From: Oligoflexales bacterium
Lineage (GTDB): Bacteria > Bdellovibrionota_B > Oligoflexia > Oligoflexales > CAIYRB01
DNA: 44,940 nt
Assembly: GCA_041736175.1 (NCBI GenBank)
Contig: JBGSUI010000111.1
Coordinates: 1 to 44,940, forward strand
Direction: 5' to 3'
Shown: piece by piece, positions 38,096 to 44,940 of the stretch
How positions within the stretch are numbered: position 1 is the stretch's first letter
Layout of the letters: each line of letters opens with the position of its first letter
Notes under the pieces: model-generated
Database searches by the model: none
Told to the model about the DNA's origin: nothing
The model's input: only the letters and a program-made list of their open reading frames with translations
Position numbers and translations under genes: made by a program

Positions 38096-38743
38096 TTAGT
38101 AACCTAACCCCCAGCATTTTTTTGAAAACTCATCGGTATTTGCGGCTTTAATCATAAAATGCGCCACATCGGCGCGAGAAATCTTTAGGGCCTTTTCAGA
38201 CTGAAACCGAAGCTGGACTCGGTATTTTCCCGTAAGGGGACCATTGGTCAGCATGCCTGGTCGAGCCACCACCCACTCTGTCCCTGAAGTTTCTAGTAGG
38301 GTCTCTACGGCTTCGTGGTCTAAATAGGACTCTTTAATAAGCAGTGGCAGCAAAATCTTTCCAAAAAAGAAGGGCAAGTCTTCCCGAGTTTCCCGAGTTC
38401 CATAGGCACTGCAATGGATGATCCGTTTGACTCTCGCTTCTAGCAACGTCTTTATGACTCGACTCATCATAAGGGACTGCTTGTAGGAGCTAAGTCCTAG
38501 ATTCGCTTTGAGCTGGGCTCCATAGTCCGTATGGCCTAAGGTACAAAATACAACATCATTTTGTGAGGCCCATTCTTTAAGGGCTCTTTCATTTTGCAAT
38601 TCACCTTGAGTGATTCGGAGTTTGTCTCTAGGAGTGATGCGACTGGAATTGCGGACATACACAGAAACTTGTTCCTTTGCGAGTTGTTTTGTGAGTTCTA
38701 AACCCGTTGGACCTGTCGCGCCAATAATGCCGTACTGCATCAA
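38096..38743 (-). CDS. NAD(P)H-binding oxidoreductase (flavin/biliverdin-IXbeta reductase-like atypical SDR)
   Basis: Motifs IIGATGPTG, YVRN, WVVARPGML, ISRADVAHFM. Confidence 0.9.
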   Translation of the reverse strand: MMQYGIIGATGPTGLELTKQLAKEQVSVYVRNSSRITPRDKLRITQGELQNERALKEWASQNDVVFCTLGHTDYGAQLKANLGLSSYKQSLMMSRVIKTLLEARVKRIIHCSAYGTRETREDLPFFFGKILLPLLIKESYLDHEAVETLLETSGTEWVVARPGMLTNGPLTGKYRVQLRFQSEKALKISRADVAHFMIKAANTDEFSKKCWGLGY

Positions 38744-39012
38744 TCACTCCCGCACCCTCCGAGGGACGCTGCTTAGTCCGTTATCAGGACTTGCTGATTA
38801 TATCTAATAAAGATGCCGGGGCGCTATGGGATTTGTAAGCATCAATAGCGGTTAGCGCAGGGTTCCTCCCAGGCTCACTATTTTTATCGAACTCTTAGCT
38901 AAAAACTGCTAGACGTTAGTTTAGATGTTCTAGACGCCAGCTGTAGGGGATTTGAGTCATAAGTGACTCTTAGAGTTCCCTAAAAAGTTTTTGAGAGGTC
39001 ATCAAATTATCG

Positions 39013-40002
39013 ATGAATCAAACGCAAAATCCAAGTGATGAACGCTCTGGGCTGCCTATGGGGCTCGGCCGTAAAGGGCTTAAATCCCAAGATGGGCAGA
39101 TCGTCAGCGGATGGCTTGCACCCCATCCCCCCCATCTTGTCTATGGGGAGAATCCCCCCCAAAACGAACCCCGGTCCCAAGGGGGATGGGAGACTCTTCG
39201 CTGGGCCTATGACCGTTGCCGTGCCAGGATTGCCACCCAAAAACCCGACGTTATCATCGTCCATACTCCCCATTGGCAGACCTGTGTGGGTCACCATCTT
39301 TTGGGGATCAACCAACTTTCTGGCGTCTCCATAGACCCGATTTTTCCCCATCTCTTTCGGTTTCGTTACCAGGTTAATTGTGACGTTGCCCTCAGTGAGG
39401 CGATCTGCCAGGAGGCCCGTTCCCGCGGCCTCAAAAGTAAACTCATGAAAAACCCAAACCTCAGGGTCGACTATGGCACTATCGTCACCTTGCATATGAT
39501 GAATCCCAACTGGGACATCCCCGTGGTGGTGATGAGCGCCCATAGCAGCCCCTATTTTTTCGACCAAAGGCGCTATGACGACGAGATGGTAGAGCTAGGC
39601 ATCGCCACGCGCCAGGCGGTGATCCAAAGCGGAAAAAAGGTCGTCCTCGCGGCGAGCAATAGCCTCTCTCACCGGCATTTTGACTACGAGCCCGATCCAA
39701 GCTGTCCCGAAGACATGAGCCGGGAGCATATTTACAGCCACAGCCAGTACCGCTGGGATATGGAAATCCTCCAGCTGATGGCCCAGGGAAAAATGGACCA
39801 GCTCCTTTCGAAACTCCCCGAGTTTGTCACCGAGGCCAAGGCCGAAGTCAAGGCAGGAGGATTGATGTGGATGCTGTCTGCCATGGGCTTTCCTCGCACT
39901 CCTGCTACGGTCTACGGCTATGGGTCCGTGATTGGCACGGGAAACGCGGTGGTCGAATGGAATCCAGATTTTAAAAAAAGTTCCCATCAATCTTTAATTT
40001 AA
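39013..40002 (+). CDS. amnB: 2-aminophenol 1,6-dioxygenase beta (catalytic) subunit-like, LigB family
   Basis: APHPPHLVYGENPPQNEPRSQGGWE.LRWAY, HTPHW, RVDYGT, SNSLSH, AEVK and YGSVIGTGNAV match AmnB/CnbCb as I recall them. Confidence 0.88.
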   Translation: MNQTQNPSDERSGLPMGLGRKGLKSQDGQIVSGWLAPHPPHLVYGENPPQNEPRSQGGWETLRWAYDRCRARIATQKPDVIIVHTPHWQTCVGHHLLGINQLSGVSIDPIFPHLFRFRYQVNCDVALSEAICQEARSRGLKSKLMKNPNLRVDYGTIVTLHMMNPNWDIPVVVMSAHSSPYFFDQRRYDDEMVELGIATRQAVIQSGKKVVLAASNSLSHRHFDYEPDPSCPEDMSREHIYSHSQYRWDMEILQLMAQGKMDQLLSKLPEFVTEAKAEVKAGGLMWMLSAMGFPRTPATVYGYGSVIGTGNAVVEWNPDFKKSSHQSLI

Positions 40003-40083
40003 TCTAAAAAATGTTTAGGGAGCTCGAAGCGGCTTGCTCCTCCCCGTGGTGAAATATCCTGAATCGATAACGAGGGATTTCCA

Positions 40084-40944
40084 ATGTCTGACACCCAAAC
40101 TCAAACCATCCCATCCCATAACCTTCTGGTGGGTGCTTGGGTTCCTGGTATGCCCCATCTCCTTAAAGAGTCTAAATCCTATGCTCAGCTTGCAAAAGCC
40201 ATGGAGTCCATTGGACACCAATGGGCTCAGGCTGGGGTGAAGCAGATTTTGTTTTTTAGCACCCAATGGCGGTCCGTCCTCGGCCATATGTTTCTGGCAG
40301 GACCTGATGCAGCCGGAATCCACGTGGATGACAATTGGTACGACTTAGGAGATATTTCTTACCAGCTAAACTTTGACCCCAAGCTCGTGGAAGACTGCGC
40401 CCATGCCGCTGAAATCCGTGGATTTCAGACTAAGGTGATCCGCTATCCCGGATTTCCTATCGATACCGGGACTCTGGTCGCCCACAATCTTATCTTAAAG
40501 GGGGCTCGTCAGCACCACCCAGACCATTCCTTTAAGGTAGGTGCTGTCTCCTGTTCGATCTATTCCGACTATCTTGATACCTTTGAGTTAGCTTGCAGCC
40601 TCCAAGCAGTCCTGAAAGACCAGGGAACTCCGACGGGCGTCGTCGTGGTGTCCCTGCTATCAGGGCGCACTCTTAGCGACGACTTTGGCGAAGTTCCAGA
40701 GCAGATCGCGTCGCAGGCAGACGAGATCTTTAACCAGGAGTGTCTCCAGGCGATCGACCATGCTGATATTGACCACCTTAAGTCTCTGGTCGAAACTAAA
40801 GGCGGAGCTTCTTGCGCTGATATGGGACTCCGTGGCCTTGCCTTTCTAGAGGGCCTAGGGCTGTGGACTGCAACCCAAGGTGGTCAGTTGATGGCCTATG
40901 GGCCGATCCACGGCACAGGGGGAGCGGTGATCAGCTTCGGCTAA
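40084..40944 (+). CDS. amnA: 2-aminophenol 1,6-dioxygenase alpha (non-catalytic) subunit-like
   Basis: Motifs VPGMP, STQW, GIHVDDNWYDLG, GFPIDTGT, DMG, YGPIHGTGGAVI. Lies directly downstream of the beta subunit. Confidence 0.82.
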   Translation: MSDTQTQTIPSHNLLVGAWVPGMPHLLKESKSYAQLAKAMESIGHQWAQAGVKQILFFSTQWRSVLGHMFLAGPDAAGIHVDDNWYDLGDISYQLNFDPKLVEDCAHAAEIRGFQTKVIRYPGFPIDTGTLVAHNLILKGARQHHPDHSFKVGAVSCSIYSDYLDTFELACSLQAVLKDQGTPTGVVVVSLLSGRTLSDDFGEVPEQIASQADEIFNQECLQAIDHADIDHLKSLVETKGGASCADMGLRGLAFLEGLGLWTATQGGQLMAYGPIHGTGGAVISFG

Positions 40945-41955
40945 ACACCTGAACGATGGAGAATGTCGCCCGAAAACCCTCCATATCATCATCAGGCACT
41001 CCAGAGTCCTTAAATATCCGCATCCAGTGGGTGCGAATGGATGCTACCATTTCGTTTAGGAGGTGTTGGGCCTCTTGCCGCGAGAGAGCAAATACCTCGG
41101 ACCTCGACAAAAAATTCTCCACAGTACAAAGATTGCCTTGGTCGCCAAAACCTTGGTTGAGCCGACGGTCCTCGATGTCACGAAACGGCCGGGGAACAAC
41201 GTCAAATAACGGAGATAATCTCCACCCACGGGGAGTCCAATTAAATCCATGGTTCCTAAGGTGATCATCATCGTTTCCCACCATAGCGTTGAAGACCATT
41301 CGTCTAAACAGCTCTTGCTGGTCAGCCTGGGGGCTCTGTGAAACGGATCCAACGGTGGTAGCCATAGCCAGGTAGGACCCATCAACTTGGGGTTTTATAA
41401 CTTTTTTTGGATAGCCAATGGCAGCAAACATGGAAAGGAATCCGCTTCGTTTGACCATGTCGTTTTCAATAAGACGATCAAAACGCTCGATCAGGTAAAC
41501 ATCTTTGCCGTTAACGGAGATGATTTTGACTTCGGGGGTAAGGAGGCCGCACGCCTTGTGTCCAGTCCATAAGCCAAAAAGCCAGAGCGGTCTTCGCCCG
41601 AAGCTAAAATATATTCGATGGTAGACATCTTATCTCGACCAGCATGCTTGAGCATACGAGCTCTGCCCCAGGCGTCGGGGATAGAGTCGTACAAGACGCT
41701 AAAGGCTTCCTGACCGTCTTTTTCGTCTGTCTCGTAAATATGGTCAGCAGATTGTTTAAAGGGGAGTCTGAGGGGATCGATTTCGATGCGGTTTGGGCGC
41801 AAAAAATAGGACTCAGCGTACTTAAAAAGAGCTTTTTTTTGGTTTGTGACTCTGTCTCCCACAGACGTCATCTTTCCCGCCAAAACAGGATCAATTGCCC
41901 CTGGTAGGTAGACGTAAACGTAAATATCTTGGACCTTTAAGGTCTTTTCCTTCAC
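40931..41955 (-). pseudogene. HipA-family kinase toxin gene with internal deletion and frameshift
   Basis: N-part has DSIPDAWGR ... DRSGFLAY. At ~41557 the other frame reads KACGLLTPEVK...YLIERFDR ... GNDDDHLRNHGF ... LSPLFD. The Gly-rich loop and catalytic-Lys region is missing. Confidence 0.8.
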
Positions 41956-42299
41956 AGCTTTTCCCTTAGCATCTTAATGCGTAGCTCCTCGATGGCCCGA
42001 ATAAATGCCGTTTTGTCCGCGTTTTCGCTTAACTCCATAAAAGCCTTCGTTAAGGAGTCTAAAAAGAGAGATCCGGCGCCTAGGATATTGAGGTAAGCCA
42101 CAAGGACTCTGATACTGACTCCGCAGTCGCCGGTTTCAATGCGACGGATGGTCGCTGACGAGAGGCCTGTGATCTGAGCCGCCCTTTCGTAGGAGATGCC
42201 AAGAAATTCTCTGCGCTCGCGGAAGCTGGTCCCTAGATTAGCCATGGCTTTTGTCATCGCTGTAGGGATTGCCTGGTCTTTTTTCGTTTTTTTGCCCAT
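41952..42299 (-). CDS. XRE-family HTH protein (HipB-like antitoxin)
   Basis: RERREFLGISYERAAQITGLSSATIRRIETG. GGAGG RBS before ATG 42299. 4-nt overlap with the hipA start. Confidence 0.85.
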   Translation of the reverse strand: MGKKTKKDQAIPTAMTKAMANLGTSFRERREFLGISYERAAQITGLSSATIRRIETGDCGVSIRVLVAYLNILGAGSLFLDSLTKAFMELSENADKTAFIRAIEELRIKMLREKL

Positions 42300-42465
42300 C
42301 GCCCGCCTCCACATCAGAGTCTATACGGTGCCGCACTCAGACTCAACACGGGGCTCAGTGCAGTACCATAAAATGTTGACAATCCTATTCATTTAAGTGT
42401 AACCATTCAAAAGTTCAGTAGTGCTCAATTGAGCTTTAAAAATGATCTTTCAAGGAGGAATGACC

Positions 42466-42531
42466 ATGAAAGTATCTATGGGACATGCAGCTTTGACTGG
42501 CGGTGTCTCAGTAACCACCTTAAGACGATAA
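42466..42531 (+). pseudogene. Remnant of a MerR-like/IS607-type N-terminal HTH
   Basis: Strong AGGAGG RBS, then MKVSMGHAALTGGVSVTTLRR-stop, resembling SIGEAA.LLGVSVTTLRRW. Confidence 0.35.
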
Positions 42532-42537
42532 GGGTGA

Positions 42538-42897
42538 ATGAGAATGGCGAAGAGATTGACTATACCGCGCCACCACTTGGCAGATGCGAGATCCAAGAGA
42601 AAAATATGCCTATACTATACCGACGATCTGGAATACATCCGCGAGCAGATCAAAGATCACGACATCCATGATCGGTTCGACGCTCTTTGCGTTTTCGAAT
42701 TTAAACTCATCGACTCTTTGCGTGAATATGGCGAGATTTCTGACGAGTTTGACAGGATGTACAAGATGTATGTGTTTTACCGAGGTTGCGTTGACAGCGC
42801 AGCGCTTTTGGCAGAAATGGCATCACTTGGTCTTGTTACGTCGATCGACAGAAGAACCCATGGCCAGAGCCTCGTCAAATCCTTCCTCCAAAACTAG
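42538..42897 (+). CDS. Hypothetical protein
   Basis: 119-aa protein-like ORF without a clear RBS. Its 3' end overlaps the convergent ORF by 75 nt. Confidence 0.4.
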   Translation: MRMAKRLTIPRHHLADARSKRKICLYYTDDLEYIREQIKDHDIHDRFDALCVFEFKLIDSLREYGEISDEFDRMYKMYVFYRGCVDSAALLAEMASLGLVTSIDRRTHGQSLVKSFLQN

Positions 42898-43224
42898 GTA
42901 ACGATTTTTTTTCCAAAAGATATCCAGCACCAGATCGGGGTTGGAATCGCCATTGGCGAGCATATAGAGGTTGTTATTTGGAACAAATCTGTTTTCCAAT
43001 CGCTCAGGTCGGGTGAGGGTGACGATGTGATGATCTGGGTTTTCCGTACAAAACTCCTGCAACATTCCGATTTGCGATTGGTCGAACACAGCAATGATCT
43101 CGCTAATTTCGAGGCCGAGCGGCCTGAGTTGCCGATAGGTTTTAAGTAATCCTATCCTGCTATAAAATGCGGAAGCATCGTTAGTTATCTCCGCTTGATG
43201 CTCAAATTTCGATGCACCGCTCAT
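42823..43224 (-). CDS. Hypothetical protein
   Basis: 133 aa, GGAGG RBS and an upstream sigma28-like promoter. Confidence 0.65.
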   Translation of the reverse strand: MSGASKFEHQAEITNDASAFYSRIGLLKTYRQLRPLGLEISEIIAVFDQSQIGMLQEFCTENPDHHIVTLTRPERLENRFVPNNNLYMLANGDSNPDLVLDIFWKKNRYLVLEEGFDEALAMGSSVDRRNKTK

Positions 43225-43247
43225 ATTCCGTTGCCTCCCGGGCCTTA

Positions 43248-43274
43248 TTATCGGAAAAGCTCAGAAACAATTGA
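43248..43274 (-). promoter_or_regulatory. sigma28-type promoter
   Basis: Minus strand TCAA-N15-TCCGATAA. Confidence 0.5.
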
Positions 43275-43446
43275 GCACTGGGAAGCGGGAAGTTAATCAG
43301 ACAACGAATGGTCTCGATTCACTTACAGGCTTCCATTAATAATTTCATGATGTTATATCTGAATTCCAAGCGATGATGGCGGTTCGAAGATTGTTCGCTG
43401 GTCGGATGAGCCTGCACCCTACGCGACTTTCCTTGGTACTCTTTTG

Positions 43447-43599
43447 CTACAGCCCTCGGCGCAAACCTCCATCGACGGGGATCATACATCCTGTGATATA
43501 GGTGGCCAGCGGAGAAGCCAAAAAGGCGACCACAGCACCAAACTCCTCTGGTCGTCCAAGCCGTCCCATGGGGATCGACTCGGCGGTAAGACTCACCAT
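43447..43599 (-). pseudogene. 3' fragment of a classical SDR oxidoreductase
   Basis: Manual translation [50 protein letters not shown] is the canonical SDR C-terminus. An in-frame TGA lies three codons upstream. Confidence 0.85.
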
Positions 43600-43680
43600 G
43601 CGGCCTCAATTCGAGCATTATGGATAAGACAGACCTAATAATAATCAATAAAAACAAAATATTATAGATAGTCCTAAAGT

Positions 43681-43701
43681 TATACGGCAAAATACCGTAT
43701 A
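43681..43701. promoter_or_regulatory. Palindromic operator of the DUF1778-GNAT TA operon
   Basis: TATACGG-CAAAATA-CCGTATA inverted repeat overlapping a TATAGT -10-like hexamer (43698). Confidence 0.7.
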
Positions 43702-43757
43702 GTACTCTAGGGACGTGGCGGGACTAAAACAGCCGACCGACAGGGGGATTCTGTTCT

Positions 43758-44021
43758 ATGGAAAATGGAAAACGAGACAGGGGTACCGAAATAAAACTCA
43801 GCACTGACGAACGGGCTCTCATACTTGAGGCTGCTTCAAGCCGTTTCTATGTTGATAAGATCACTCCGGCGATAAAAATGTTAGCGCTTGAGAATGCCCG
43901 TCACATTGTCGAAGATAGATATAAAGTTTTTATGACTTTATCCGCATTTGAACAATTCTCTGGACAACTCCAGGATGAAGCTGATGAACCTAACGACGCG
44001 TTAAAGGCACTCGTAAAATAA
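43758..44021 (+). CDS. DUF1778 (RHH) antitoxin
   Basis: ERALILEAA ... ALENARHIV ... AFEQF ... EPNDALKAL. Abuts the GNAT start. Confidence 0.82.
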   Translation: MENGKRDRGTEIKLSTDERALILEAASSRFYVDKITPAIKMLALENARHIVEDRYKVFMTLSAFEQFSGQLQDEADEPNDALKALVK

Positions 44022-44534
44022 ATGTTGCTGTACAAAGTTCTTTCACTAGCAGATGACATCATAGGCTTTCATTGTTCCTCCCATCCTCTGAATGAGTTTC
44101 TGGTTAAATCAGCTTTGACACACCAGAATATGGGTTTTTCTAAAACGGTGTGTGTCTATGATGAGGCTGGAATGTTGGTTGCTTATTACACTCTAGCGTC
44201 GTCAACGATTGAGCCAGATGAACTGCCTCGAGGGGTCACTCGTGGTAGTCCCGGGTACAAAATACCGACCATTGTGATCGCTAAGTTTGCCGTCGACACG
44301 CGTTTTTCAGGCCAAGGCTACGGGACAGAGATATTTAGTAAGATTTTGGAGGTTATTTCAACTTATTTAAAGACTGCGCCCCTAAGCGCTCGTACTGTGA
44401 CTATTGATACTCGTGATGCTGAATCTCAAGACAAAATAAAGTCTTTTTATAGAAGCTTCGGCTTTACAGAGTATCCTGAAAACTCAGGGCAAATGTATAT
44501 TAAGGCAAGCAAGATCAAAAATTTGTTTTCGTAA
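44022..44534 (+). CDS. GNAT acetyltransferase toxin (TacT/AtaT-like)
   Basis: Motifs FHCSSHPLNEFL, YYTLAS, IAKFAVDTRFSGQGYG (acetyl-CoA motif), FYRSFGF. Confidence 0.88.
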   Translation: MLLYKVLSLADDIIGFHCSSHPLNEFLVKSALTHQNMGFSKTVCVYDEAGMLVAYYTLASSTIEPDELPRGVTRGSPGYKIPTIVIAKFAVDTRFSGQGYGTEIFSKILEVISTYLKTAPLSARTVTIDTRDAESQDKIKSFYRSFGFTEYPENSGQMYIKASKIKNLFS

Positions 44535-44712
44535 AGATCCCCGGAGTGCCACCAGCATTTGCTAAATCGCTAAGTTGTCGGGATTAAAAACCGGTCCTTC
44601 ATACGAAGAATTCGGGACTACGACAACTAAGCAGTATAGTCGCAGCAAAGCACTTAGGCGTCCACCCCGACAGGATGGCTCAAACCGCCGGGGTTGCTCC
44701 AAAGTTTTTGCT

Positions 44713-44799
44713 CTATAAATCCTGGAGGATCTTGCTTAGTTGGTCTTCGGTCATTTCGAGGATTTTAGCTACTTCTAAAAGGTTTAGCCCTCTTGCAAG
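44713..44799 (-). pseudogene. Possible C-terminal remnant of an Rpn/YhgA-like protein
   Basis: LARGLNLLEVAKILEMTEDQLSKILQDL-stop resembles the Rpn C-terminal helical tail. An in-frame TAG lies immediately upstream. Confidence 0.35.
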
Positions 44800-44940
44800 C
44801 TACTGTTCCGGGTACTGTGAACGACTCCCCTGCTGATAATGGGTATGATGCTGTCACTGAGGTTTCATAACAGGATCTTAGTGAGGAGCATTAATTCGCA
44901 TAGGATGATGTGGTTTCGTAAACAGGGGGAGGGAGCTGAT

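Noticed and set aside
37945..38151. 68-aa plus-strand ORF
   Set aside because: Antisense shadow of the CPXCG gene.
39013..40002. tRNA mnm5s2U biosynthesis protein (a label sometimes attached to this family)
   Set aside because: The motifs are those of LigB-type extradiol dioxygenases, and the cognate alpha subunit is adjacent.
40931..42299. Tripartite HipBST-like system
   Set aside because: A HipT-type kinase keeps the Gly-rich loop. Here it is absent and homology continues across a frameshift upstream of the annotated ATG, which fits a deletion pseudogene.
43319..43690. 123-aa minus-strand ORF from the track
   Set aside because: A different minus-strand frame carries the clear SDR C-terminus. 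This ORF is a shadow and its start overlaps the TA operator.

Overview
A gene-dense bacterial chromosomal segment. The many orphan lipoproteins, the TraF-like barrel and the mix of sigma54/sigma28 promoters suggest a Bdellovibrionota/Oligoflexia-like organism, but this is inference only. Core genes: gap, bfr, bfd, sodC, a class I aminotransferase, an M28 peptidase, a GT2 glycosyltransferase, a J-domain protein and 2-aminophenol 1,6-dioxygenase-like subunits. The most novel signal is a ~6.3 kb block between bfr and bfd. It holds six unrelated lipoprotein genes, each with its own sigma54 (-24/-12) promoter, including an ADP-ribosyltransferase-fold protein and an LRR-like protein. Four of them, plus a distant sigma54-driven trypsin lipoprotein, share an S-x-[LVI]-[NQKD] motif after the lipidated Cys. 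In the trypsin this motif sits directly before the activation site, suggesting a common release/export signal for an effector set. Other notable features: (1) an AcrB-type RND pump fused to a TolC-like protein through an internal signal peptide, with a minimal adaptor and a sigma28 promoter; (2) a divergent LolCDE/LolA/beta-barrel operon whose permease and barrel share a DLGEA[ST]GL peptide; (3) an ArsP-type permease fused to an FG-GAP/ASPIC propeller beside sodC; (4) an AAA14-DUF4143 gene with a tandem palindromic operator; (5) a decaying right-hand island with a deleted hipA, an XRE gene, an SDR 3' remnant and a DUF1778-GNAT toxin-antitoxin pair. No rRNA, tRNA or CRISPR array was seen.
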